Shown here: positions 23,828 through 32,916 of the stretch, piece by piece
Layout: each line of letters starts with the position of its first letter
Position numbering within the stretch: the stretch's first letter is position 1
DNA from: a virus
Strand: one strand, 5' to 3'
Virus record (IMG/VR): IMGVR_UViG_3300031965_000002
Location: 2,082-66,081 of that record
Length of the DNA stretch: 64,000 nt
Translations under genes and position numbers: made by a program
Notes under the pieces: generated by a model
What the model was told of the DNA's origin: nothing
Seen by the model: the letters and a program-made list of their open reading frames with translations, nothing else
Databases searched by the model: none

Positions 23828-25783
23828 ATGAACCGTCTTGCTTCTATCGCCGTTTTGATCAGCGTCGCATCATTTTCTCATGCGCAGTCTGACATCTCTT
23901 CGCGAAAAATGTCTTCTCGTATTGCGCATTCTGGAGCTATCGTGACAACCAGTTGCGAAACTATCGATGGTATCGATGTGTTTGGCACAAGCTTCAAGAC
24001 CATTTCCAAAAATGGTCATATTGTCCATAGTGGACAAACTGTTGCTCGTAGACCTGATATTCAGGTACCTCGACATAACCATGATTTCTCTACGATGATT
24101 TTTGAAGCTGAGACTGGCATTACAGCAAGCGAGGTTGTTTACTCGAACGCCGTTTACTTCGAGCATGACGGAGAACTCAAACCCTCAACTCATGTTCAAG
24201 TCTTTGATGGCAAGTATACTCACACGCTCATCGTTGAACAGGATACTTACGAGATTCTGCTTAAAATTGATGAGACCGTTGCGTGTATGCATCAACCGGA
24301 TCCGGTAGATGTGATTTCTGATAGCTTCGATAACTCGATTCCCTCGGTCAGGTTCCGTCGTTGGGTTGATGATAGCCCGTTTCCTGGATCGCCTCATCCG
24401 ACAGGTATGGCGGATGCATGGCAGGCACCTTTTATGTCTCACAGTGTAATTATGAACCCTCGCAATCTTGCAAGTCCTCGCGGTTGGACTTTTCCGCCCG
24501 CTGAATACTTGACAGGAAACAATATTCGCGCAGAGACTTACGGCGTCAATAATCAGAACATTCCTAATGGACCTGTCTTTGCATCGAATGCATACACGAA
24601 CCCGATTCAGTTCGAGCATTACTACCGCCTCGATTACGATTGGACTTCTGCGGATTTTCAGACTCTCAAGACAGCGGCAACCAATGCATTTGTTGTAGGA
24701 AACTTATATCATGATTGGATTTGGGGTTATGGTTTTCGTGAAGGAGATGGAAACTTTCAAGAAGAGAACTATAACCGTGGCGGCGTGGGCGGCGACTCTA
24801 TTTTAGCCTATACTGAATACAATTCTGTTGGTTACATCAACAATGCGTTCTTTTCAGGTACACATATTGATGGAACGCCAGCCGCAGTGATTTTGTGGCC
24901 CTTCCGCTATTCGCTAAATGGCCCTGACCGTCATAGTGGATTCGATAATCAGCTTTGTGTTCACGAATATCAACATGGCACAACTCGCCGTCTTATCGGA
25001 GACATGAATTACGAATGGATTCAGGTTGCAGGCGTTAGCGAGTGTATGAGTGACCTTGTAAGCCTGATTTACAATAATGTTGACCGTGGCGAACTGAATC
25101 GTGATGATGTCATTGGCTTTGGCGGCTGGCTTGCATACAAACTTGGTGGCTCGCTAGATTTTGAGGATAACTACTACTTCGGTATTCGCCCTTACCCCAT
25201 CAATGTCAACCTTAATCCCATGACGCTTCTTTATACGGATATCAATGGAGGCTGGGAGTTTCCCGATGACGATTATCCTCGTGCGCCTCGAATCATCAAC
25301 TACAGCGGCCATTATGTCGGTCAGGTTCCTTTGATTGCCTTATGGGAAGTCTATCATGAGTTCATCGAAGATTACGGATTCAGAGATGGTACAGACAAGT
25401 TTATGCTTCTTGTCGTCGATGCCTTGCGAGTCATCAATCCCAACCCTAGTCTTGAAAACCTCAGAGATGCATTTGTTCTTGCCGATGAACTCTTGAGCAA
25501 CGGAGAGCATCGGACTCGCATTTGGGCCGCTTTTGCTCGTCGCGGCATGGGCGAGGGCTTTTCGATTGATGAGCAGCTTGATTCTCCGCTTATTCGCGGC
25601 GTAACCGAAAGTCATGCCACTCCTAATTGGGCTGACTATAATCAGGACGGCATTAGAGATATTGGCGATATCCAATCTTTCATCATTGACTTTTATCTCA
25701 GGAGTATGCGTGCCGACCTGAATTTGGATAACACACTGAATATCCAAGATGTCTTGGATTGGCTTGAACTTTGGAATAATTGA
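23828..25783 (+). CDS. Secreted M36 (fungalysin-family) metallopeptidase with a C-terminal GC-type dockerin-like domain
   Basis: Signal peptide; AATNAFVVGNLYHD, GFREGDGNFQEENY, NNAFF, HEYQH, GVSECMSD; C-terminal ADYNQDGIRDIGD...ADLNLDNTLNIQDVLDWL. Confidence 0.88.
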   Translation: MNRLASIAVLISVASFSHAQSDISSRKMSSRIAHSGAIVTTSCETIDGIDVFGTSFKTISKNGHIVHSGQTVARRPDIQVPRHNHDFSTMIFEAETGITASEVVYSNAVYFEHDGELKPSTHVQVFDGKYTHTLIVEQDTYEILLKIDETVACMHQPDPVDVISDSFDNSIPSVRFRRWVDDSPFPGSPHPTGMADAWQAPFMSHSVIMNPRNLASPRGWTFPPAEYLTGNNIRAETYGVNNQNIPNGPVFASNAYTNPIQFEHYYRLDYDWTSADFQTLKTAATNAFVVGNLYHDWIWGYGFREGDGNFQEENYNRGGVGGDSILAYTEYNSVGYINNAFFSGTHIDGTPAAVILWPFRYSLNGPDRHSGFDNQLCVHEYQHGTTRRLIGDMNYEWIQVAGVSECMSDLVSLIYNNVDRGELNRDDVIGFGGWLAYKLGGSLDFEDNYYFGIRPYPINVNLNPMTLLYTDINGGWEFPDDDYPRAPRIINYSGHYVGQVPLIALWEVYHEFIEDYGFRDGTDKFMLLVVDALRVINPNPSLENLRDAFVLADELLSNGEHRTRIWAAFARRGMGEGFSIDEQLDSPLIRGVTESHATPNWADYNQDGIRDIGDIQSFIIDFYLRSMRADLNLDNTLNIQDVLDWLELWNN

Positions 25784-26574
25784 TGCATCAGAAGATTGAG
25801 AACACAGAATTCTGGCATGAGACTGACCTGCTTACGCGGGTTGGTTCTCGCTTATATGGTTGCGCAAATACTGACTCCGATGATGACCTTCGTGGCTTTG
25901 TGGTTGAACCTGCTGAATACCTTTTGGGTCGCGAGAAATTTGAACAGCACGAAGACAAAGTGACTGACCTTGTTATCTGGGGTGTTCAGAAGTTCTTCCA
26001 CGGACTGACAAAAGGGTCACCAAACGTCTTCGAGATCCTGTTTGTACCTGATGAGTTTGTCATCAGCGCAACCGACCGTGGCCGCGAGGTTTTGCGTCGG
26101 CGCGATATCTTTGTCTGCATGGGATCAGTCATCCCTATCCGTGGTCTTGCTCACGCAGAATGGCTCAAGGCTCAATTGAAGACGAAGAACAAAGAGACAG
26201 GCAAGGTCTACCACAGCAAGCGAGTTGTAGGAGCCAAGAGGAAGACTTCTCACGCGGAGCATGGCTACAGCGTCAAGAATGCTTACCATGCCATCCGTCT
26301 ACTCAACCAGGGCCTTGAGCTTGTTCAGGAAGGCCGCATCACCTTCCCTCGCCCTGAAGCCGATTTCTTGCGAAGCATCCGCAATGGAGAGGTCCAGTTT
26401 GAACAGCTTGAGCTTGAATATGATCGCCTTGATACTCGGTTGAGCGAACTGATTGAACAGTCACCTTTGCGTCGTTTTCCTGACCGGAAGGTAATTGATG
26501 AACTTTACTACGACATCACAGGCGATGTGATTGTCGATTTTTTGAAAAGCCGTTATGCGAATACTGTTTCTTGA
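25780..26574 (+). CDS. Pol-beta superfamily nucleotidyltransferase (RlaP/Nuc-transf-like)
   Basis: GSRLYG...DSDDDLRG motif, KGSPNVFEILF, KNAYHAIRLL...PRPEADFLRSIRNG. Confidence 0.85.
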   Translation: MMHQKIENTEFWHETDLLTRVGSRLYGCANTDSDDDLRGFVVEPAEYLLGREKFEQHEDKVTDLVIWGVQKFFHGLTKGSPNVFEILFVPDEFVISATDRGREVLRRRDIFVCMGSVIPIRGLAHAEWLKAQLKTKNKETGKVYHSKRVVGAKRKTSHAEHGYSVKNAYHAIRLLNQGLELVQEGRITFPRPEADFLRSIRNGEVQFEQLELEYDRLDTRLSELIEQSPLRRFPDRKVIDELYYDITGDVIVDFLKSRYANTVS

Positions 26575-26953
26575 TGATAATTTGTTGCGACACCAGATTT
26601 TTCGTCGCAACAGCATTGGTTATTCTGTAGATGCTGTTCATACGGCGCAAGAGGCGATGGAGTGTCTGCTTGATGAAAAGAAAGAATATGATCTTATCAT
26701 GCTGGATCATGATCTCGATGCTGCAACTGAGAATCAGTTGAATGACGACGAGGAAGATGGTCGATATGTAGTAAGAAAGCTTGTCGAATCGGGCAGACAC
26801 AAAGATGTAACAATCGTCATTCACTCGCTCAATGCTGATGGCCGTAAGAATATGAAAGCCATGCTAGACGATGCAGGCTATTCAATAGTTCATGATTTGC
26901 CCTTCGCTTGGGAGCGATTTGAGAAGACAGAGAACGGATGCAGTTTTAAATGA
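26555..26953 (+). CDS. Stand-alone receiver-like domain (cyclic-phosphate-processing receiver-like)
   Basis: RILFLDD...YDLIMLDHDL...IVIHSLN; no output domain. Confidence 0.8.
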   Translation: MRILFLDDNLLRHQIFRRNSIGYSVDAVHTAQEAMECLLDEKKEYDLIMLDHDLDAATENQLNDDEEDGRYVVRKLVESGRHKDVTIVIHSLNADGRKNMKAMLDDAGYSIVHDLPFAWERFEKTENGCSFK

Positions 26954-27828
26954 AAGTCAAGAGCCTTGAGCTAGAACACTTTTGCGGCTACGAACATGCA
27001 ATATTTGATTTCAATGACCAATTGAACGCTTTTTTTGGACCGAATGGTTGTGGAAAATCTACCGCGCTTGAGGCTCTTCGTATCATCGGGAATCTTAACC
27101 GTATCACTGAGCGAGAGAATGATCTGTTTTTTCGTAAGTTGACGTATCATACTGATTATGACCCGTCTCTTCCTCACTTTTCGATAAGCGAGCAATCTCT
27201 TCGGATCAAAGCTATATTTGATGTTGATGGCGAAGAAAAAGTGTGCGAGATTACCAGCAAAGGTGTTGTTGAGGGTGGTAATTTTGATGGTATACTTCGC
27301 AAAGAAATAACAGGAAACAATGATATACTGTTTGTTGATGCCGACAATCAGTCAAACATTCAAAAGTTTCAGTTACCTGATAAAGCAAGAGAGAAATTTC
27401 TTGAGATAGCCCCTATTGTTTATGGATACGATGTATCGTTAGGAAAAGATGTAATAACAAAAGAAGGAGATATAGAGGAAATTTACTGGCAGGATATTGT
27501 TATACAAAAAGGGAAGACCCGCGTTCATTATAAATCGATGTCTGCGGGTGAAAAAAAAGTAGCTACACTACTCCGTAGTCTCTGTAATCCATTTCTTGTC
27601 CGAAATGCTACAATCCTACTTGTGGACAATATCGAGATGCACGTCTACTTTGAGCGTCACGGATGTATGCTCGACCGTATACTTGAAATATTGCCTAATA
27701 AACAGTTCATTGTAACGACTCATTCAGGCGATATGCTGAGACACATCCGAACATCGTATGGAGAGCAATGCCTCTTCAATGTTCCTACAATCAAAGGCGA
27801 ACCAATGAATAATGAGAGACCATTATGA
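26950..27828 (+). CDS. ABC/SMC-type ATPase
   Basis: Walker A GPNGCGKST, signature MSAGEKK, Walker B LLVDNIE, H-loop TTHS. Confidence 0.85.
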   Translation: MKVKSLELEHFCGYEHAIFDFNDQLNAFFGPNGCGKSTALEALRIIGNLNRITERENDLFFRKLTYHTDYDPSLPHFSISEQSLRIKAIFDVDGEEKVCEITSKGVVEGGNFDGILRKEITGNNDILFVDADNQSNIQKFQLPDKAREKFLEIAPIVYGYDVSLGKDVITKEGDIEEIYWQDIVIQKGKTRVHYKSMSAGEKKVATLLRSLCNPFLVRNATILLVDNIEMHVYFERHGCMLDRILEILPNKQFIVTTHSGDMLRHIRTSYGEQCLFNVPTIKGEPMNNERPL

Positions 27829-29102
27829 TCTTTAACAGCCCTATTCTACAAGACCTTGAATGGCGAGGACTTATTGCTCAATCCACCGATGCAAATGCGC
27901 TCGATGATTATCTCTGTGAAGATGGAGCTACTGTTTACTGTGGATTTGATGCAACATCGGACAGTCTAACAATCGGTAATCTTGTTGCGCTCATGACGTT
28001 GTTTAGGTTCCGAATGCATGGAATCAGAACTATTGTTCTACTTGGCGAGGCTACGGCTCTCATCGGAGACCCTTCTTTCCGCGATAGCGAAAGAGATGAG
28101 TGCGGTCGCACAGTTATTCTGCATAATGTTCATAACTTTGAACAACAGGTTCGAAAAGTCTTCGGCACACAAGAAGAGCCCCGCGACCTCTTGATTCGTG
28201 GCAATGCGCAGACATTCGACCGAATGAGCTACACGAACTTCATGATGGAGATTGGACGTCATGTGTGCATTAATGATATGCTGCGCCGTGAATCCATGAA
28301 ACAGCGACAAGACAGTGGTTTGACCTTTGCTGAGCTTGGCTACATGGTCATGCAGTCTCTTGATTTTGATGAACTTTGGCGTACTGAAGGATGTCGTGTT
28401 CAAATCGGAGGGAATGATCAATGGGGTAATATCTGCGCAGGCATTGACCTGGTTCGAAAGAGACATCAGCCTGAGCATCCTGCTCTTGGCATGACTGTTC
28501 CTCTGCTTACCCGTGCAGATGGTTCTAAGATTGGCAAGTCATCAGGTGCAACTGTCTGGTTGAGCGAAGAGAAAACCTCTCCTTGGGAGTTCTTCAACTA
28601 CTGGATCAATTTGTCAGATGAAGAAGCGATTCAGCATGCGAAATGGTTCTTGCCTCTCAATATAGAGGCAACCCGTTCAATTCTTGATGCAGCGGCAGAC
28701 TCGGATGACCCTCGCTCGCTTCAGAAGAGTCTTGCGAGACAGATAACTTCGCTGCTTCATGGAGACGAGACCATGCAGCGATGTCGTCGTGTTTCTGATG
28801 CATTGTTCAACAATGACATCCAAGAACTCGATGATAATGATATCGCCACGCTCAATGGTCATATTCCTACGGTTAAAATTAGCCGTGAACATCTCGATAC
28901 CATTACAGGTATGTTGCTTGAGGCGAAGGTTGCAGCCAGCAAAAGAGATGCACGAACGCTTCTTGATCAGGGAGCTATCTCAATTAATGGCCGTCTCGTG
29001 AGGTCCGTTGAAGACTTCTCGGCTAAAAACCTGCATCTTGACAAGTTTGCTTTGATTCGTCGCGGAAAAAAGAACTGGCATCTCGCCGTTGTGGAGGAAT
29101 GA
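27825..29102 (+). CDS. tyrS: Tyrosyl-tRNA synthetase
   Basis: YCGFDATSDSLTIGN, GEATALIGDPS, MQSLDF, QIGGNDQWGNI, KIGKS, C-terminal S4 domain. Confidence 0.95.
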   Translation: MIFNSPILQDLEWRGLIAQSTDANALDDYLCEDGATVYCGFDATSDSLTIGNLVALMTLFRFRMHGIRTIVLLGEATALIGDPSFRDSERDECGRTVILHNVHNFEQQVRKVFGTQEEPRDLLIRGNAQTFDRMSYTNFMMEIGRHVCINDMLRRESMKQRQDSGLTFAELGYMVMQSLDFDELWRTEGCRVQIGGNDQWGNICAGIDLVRKRHQPEHPALGMTVPLLTRADGSKIGKSSGATVWLSEEKTSPWEFFNYWINLSDEEAIQHAKWFLPLNIEATRSILDAAADSDDPRSLQKSLARQITSLLHGDETMQRCRRVSDALFNNDIQELDDNDIATLNGHIPTVKISREHLDTITGMLLEAKVAASKRDARTLLDQGAISINGRLVRSVEDFSAKNLHLDKFALIRRGKKNWHLAVVEE

Positions 29103-29103
29103 A

Positions 29104-29421
29104 ATGAAAAAGGGCTTCTCATTCATCGAATTACTGGTTATTATCGCGATTATTGCATTGCTTATCGGCATCTTGATGCCTGCTCTTGGCAAAGCCAAGA
29201 AACGAGCGAATGATGTAAAAGCAAAAAATGAGCAACAGGAACTTCTTCATAATGAGGAGAAACAAAAAGAGTTTATCAACGGTATTAGATATATCATCGA
29301 TCCAAAGACCGGGGTCATTTTTGCTATTATGCCCGATGGAACCGCGCTCATCGTTCCCTTAGATCAGTACGATAATGTTTGGGGGCAGATTGAGAATATA
29401 GATGAATGGGAGGGTGATTAA
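29104..29421 (+). CDS. Prepilin-type N-terminal cleavage/methylation domain protein (short pseudopilin-like)
   Basis: MKKG|FSFIELLVIIAIIALLIGILMPALGKAK: class III signal with G-1, F+1, E+5. Confidence 0.85.
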   Translation: MKKGFSFIELLVIIAIIALLIGILMPALGKAKKRANDVKAKNEQQELLHNEEKQKEFINGIRYIIDPKTGVIFAIMPDGTALIVPLDQYDNVWGQIENIDEWEGD

Positions 29422-29424
29422 AAT

Positions 29425-30042
29425 ATGTCAAACGACAGGAAAGACGAACTACATAGTATTATACAAGACGGCGTAGAAGATAGAATCAACGCGATAAGCG
29501 AGTTTTTCTCTGCCGCTACAGAAATATCTATAGAACCATGTCAACAATCAACAAACAGCCCAGATATATGGGTTATCTTGTTGAGAGATAGTGGTCACAA
29601 TAAGCCACAAAATATCATGGTATTCTTTGAATATTCTGAAGAGCAAGCCAAGATTGCCGCCCGCCAGCTAGCTCTTATATTTACTGCTTTTGGCTATGAA
29701 ATAGTCGAAAACAGTAAGAGTATAGATTTTTCGGAAGAGGAACAAGATCGCATCAATGAAATGGGCGAGTTTTTTTTGCAGAGCCAGGTATTAACATCTA
29801 GTTTTGCCGTCAATGAAGATTCATGGATGATTATTCTTTCATCTGATATTCTTCAGAAACAACTTGAGGTCATGCGCCTTGATAAATCATCGAAGATGTC
29901 TGTGGTCTTTGCTGAAAAATGCCTAGGCCTTTTCCTGGCGTCACAAGACAAAAGTCTAACGCTTGCTGATGGAACCGAAATCAACCTGTATGGCTGCGCT
30001 GTCTATGGCGAGTTTGAGGCCGACCCCGACGAGGAAAACTAA
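29425..30042 (+). CDS. Acidic hypothetical protein
   Basis: 205 aa ORF in a tightly packed operon. Confidence 0.7.
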   Translation: MSNDRKDELHSIIQDGVEDRINAISEFFSAATEISIEPCQQSTNSPDIWVILLRDSGHNKPQNIMVFFEYSEEQAKIAARQLALIFTAFGYEIVENSKSIDFSEEEQDRINEMGEFFLQSQVLTSSFAVNEDSWMIILSSDILQKQLEVMRLDKSSKMSVVFAEKCLGLFLASQDKSLTLADGTEINLYGCAVYGEFEADPDEEN

Positions 30043-30824
30043 TGTCTCTTCGAGTTGGTTTTGTTGCGGGAACAGTAAGAACAGGCACTACTCTTCTATC
30101 TCGATTAATAGCCGAGCATCCTCAATGTGTTTCGTTCAGGGAGATGCATGTTTCTCGAATTATCAATGCAGCCGAGCTAAATAGGCATGTCAAGAATGCC
30201 CTTGCTGCCGGATTTTCGCGGCAGGAAATAAAATTACTAGGCCAAAAACTAAAGCTTTTTGAACCATCAACCATGGAGACCTGGCTCAAAATTGCTGGCA
30301 TTATTGCTCAAGAAAAATACGACAAACCTTTTGCTGATGTTGTTGTTGAAAAAGATCCAGAACTCTTCTTGGAGACCGCGAATATTCCCTGGATACTTGA
30401 TTACCCTACGATATATACGGTCAGAAATCCGCGTGGCATCCTTGATGCTCAAAACCTCTCTATAGGTAAAGAATGGAGAAAGCGAGCCCTCAGAGAAGCT
30501 ATATTTGCCTTCAATAATATAAATCAACACCTTAGTCACCCCTCTCTTCTTGTTGTTAGATATGAAGATTTATTGCTTCATACGAAAAAAACCATGAAAA
30601 GGGTTTTTGAGCATTTAGAGGTAGATATACCGGATATTGGCAAAATAAACCAGCTTAACGCTTTACAATATCTAAGCGCACAGAAGAAGTCTATGGAAAA
30701 TGTCGATATTACAAGAGCAACTGCCTGGGTGGGTAATGAAGAACTTGAATCTATATACACAATTGTCTCCGAGCATATTGGACAAAAAAACGTCACAGCC
30801 TATGAGAATGCCTTCGGATATTAG
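30042..30824 (+). CDS. Sulfotransferase
   Basis: FVAGTVRTGTTLLSRLIAEHP (5'-PSB loop), VRNPR, VVRYEDL. Confidence 0.85.
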   Translation: MSLRVGFVAGTVRTGTTLLSRLIAEHPQCVSFREMHVSRIINAAELNRHVKNALAAGFSRQEIKLLGQKLKLFEPSTMETWLKIAGIIAQEKYDKPFADVVVEKDPELFLETANIPWILDYPTIYTVRNPRGILDAQNLSIGKEWRKRALREAIFAFNNINQHLSHPSLLVVRYEDLLLHTKKTMKRVFEHLEVDIPDIGKINQLNALQYLSAQKKSMENVDITRATAWVGNEELESIYTIVSEHIGQKNVTAYENAFGY

Positions 30825-31245
30825 TAAGCTACTAAAAGACAGACAGCCTATGTCTTGGCTTACTTGCCTGAATGCAATAGGCTCGGTTCAATCTCATGAA
30901 TGGGTTAGGCGTTTCGACCATGAATATAAATCTACATTCATACCTATTCCAGATGATATTATTTTTGTTATGCATACGATAAGAAGCGGATCACTTGGCG
31001 TAATCAAAGGTAAAGATTTAACAGCATTGCAGGGCAATCTATTTACCGCAAATCTTGAACAACAAACATATGGAAATACAGATGCCGAAAAAACCGTGAA
31101 GCGACTTATTAATGCCTTTATAAGCGTGTTTGGTATAATGGATATACAAGTTCATGTAATCAAAAGACCCCTCAGATCAACAGGTGAGGTTTTATTATCA
31201 GCAGCCGTAATTTCAAAAGGCGAAATCATCCCGAGAAGGGATTGA
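30802..31245 (+). CDS. Hypothetical protein
   Basis: 3' part of ORF 30700..31245; start uncertain. Confidence 0.55.
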   Translation: MRMPSDISKLLKDRQPMSWLTCLNAIGSVQSHEWVRRFDHEYKSTFIPIPDDIIFVMHTIRSGSLGVIKGKDLTALQGNLFTANLEQQTYGNTDAEKTVKRLINAFISVFGIMDIQVHVIKRPLRSTGEVLLSAAVISKGEIIPRRD

Positions 31246-31661
31246 CAGGTGAAGAAATTCGCTTGCGAAAAGAACGACAGTCTCGATACAATAGAGAGTG
31301 GCTGGTCGTCCTTGGCTACGTTCGCGAATGGAAAGAACCTTGCATTACTGTTTATTCAAACGAAGTTGAAAAGTTTGGCAACATAACCCTGAAGAAAAAA
31401 CATAAAGCAGTTATGGTTGTTGAGGGCAGGGAACCTTTGAGTTACTCGATCCTGTATAACACTGATACCTTTATTTTCCCTCATATGCTCAACCTGCTAC
31501 TATTTCAAACCGTGGAGCAGCTTCATGGTTTTGTCGATATAATTGCGAACAAGTATCGGGAAGAGACTGGGTTTCTCGATGTCAAAGTCATCGTGGAAAA
31601 GAAGACGACCACGGAGAATTGCGAGAGCTGTACAGCTATAATATTTGTGCATGAGGCTTGA
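31242..31661 (+). CDS. Hypothetical protein
   Basis: 139 aa ORF overlapping the upstream stop. Confidence 0.6.
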   Translation: MTGEEIRLRKERQSRYNREWLVVLGYVREWKEPCITVYSNEVEKFGNITLKKKHKAVMVVEGREPLSYSILYNTDTFIFPHMLNLLLFQTVEQLHGFVDIIANKYREETGFLDVKVIVEKKTTTENCESCTAIIFVHEA

Positions 31662-31665
31662 ATAA

Positions 31666-32364
31666 ATGAACGAGCGATTGAAACAGTTTGATTATTACTT
31701 CCTTCGGGCTATCAATCGAAGACTGCCTGAATCGAAGCATATTAAGAATGAAGCAGGAGGGGTTCTTGAAAGATTGATTGAAGCCTACGGCACTCCTGTT
31801 TTTGGAAATACGCCTCGCTCATATCATACCTTTGAACACGTTCTTGATTGCATTCAGTCACTCATTGAACACCGCGACCATCTCGGGCTTTCTGAAGAAG
31901 CTTTTGATACCCTGGTCGTTGCGCTTGCGTATCACGATATTGTTTATGATACAAATAATACAAGCTCCATTGATACAAACGAGTATTTGAGCGCTGAGTT
32001 TGCGAAGCATGAGCTTATCGCCCTTGACCTCGATGACGGATTCATTGAAAAGGTTCATTTGCTTATCCGTCAAACAGATCACAAAGATCTGCTTCATCCG
32101 AATTATCTCTGCTCGGTTATCCGTGACATTGATTTGTACGGAATAGCAGCCGATTATGAGATTTTCGCTGAGCGGTCTATCCAGGTTCGTGCTGAGTATT
32201 CGCAGTATGATATGGAGACCTTTACTAAAGGTCGTATCGAGTTCATGGAAAAACTCATTGCAGATAATAAGTTGTTTTATACCGACTACTTTAGCAAGCT
32301 TTTGACCGAAAAAGCCACTGATAACGTCAAGCGGCATCTTGAAGAGTTGAAAACTACGACCTAA
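31666..32364 (+). CDS. HD-superfamily metal-dependent phosphohydrolase
   Basis: RSYHTFEH, LAYHDIVYD, NEYLSA, TDH, DIDL. Confidence 0.85.
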   Translation: MNERLKQFDYYFLRAINRRLPESKHIKNEAGGVLERLIEAYGTPVFGNTPRSYHTFEHVLDCIQSLIEHRDHLGLSEEAFDTLVVALAYHDIVYDTNNTSSIDTNEYLSAEFAKHELIALDLDDGFIEKVHLLIRQTDHKDLLHPNYLCSVIRDIDLYGIAADYEIFAERSIQVRAEYSQYDMETFTKGRIEFMEKLIADNKLFYTDYFSKLLTEKATDNVKRHLEELKTTT

Positions 32365-32731
32365 AAACCCCTATAAAACAAGGGTGAAATGGTATAAGAC
32401 TGTTTTATTAGTTACTAACTGAACTTATTATAATAAAATAACCTAATAAATAGCTTATCCTGGGTGGCTTTGAGCCTCTATTTGCAAAATCCTCGACTCA
32501 TACTATAAATCTTCCTGTCAAAGAAGAGGGCTATACCACTATATGTTGTGGTTATTAGTTCAATGAGCCACTAATCAGTCGAGAATTACGCAAAATTGGC
32601 TAATTTCTTTTTATAATAATATAACTATAAATAACTAGAACTAGGTATTTGCCGAATTCCTGACTATCCAACCATATTTTACTAACATATCCCTAATATA
32701 ATAGCTTTTTGCAAAGTTTTCGGTCGAGGAC

Positions 32732-32760
32732 TTGACAAATATGGCATAAAATGGCATTAT
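32732..32760 (+). promoter_or_regulatory. Sigma70-type promoter in an AT-rich intergenic region
   Basis: TTGACA (32732-32737)-N17-CATTAT (32755-32760). Confidence 0.55.
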
Positions 32761-32878
32761 AAACTCAATTTATTATTAAATAAGTTACGATTTATATGGA
32801 GCGGGCGAGAAAACCTCCATGCTTGTCGTGGAGGATGAATCGCCATATGAGAGAATAAGCAAATATTTTCCAATTAAC

Positions 32879-32907
32879 TAAAGGATTTACAGAAGTAATG
32901 TCGAAAC
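32879..32907 (+). promoter_or_regulatory. Putative sigma28-like promoter inside IS element 1
   Basis: TAAAGG-N15-GTCGAAAC, 10 nt before the tnpB ATG. Confidence 0.55.
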
Positions 32908-32916
32908 TATAAATAT

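Noticed and set aside
32365-32795. AT-rich region as a replication origin
   Set aside because: No iterons or DnaA-box cluster visible; only a sigma70-like promoter could be supported.
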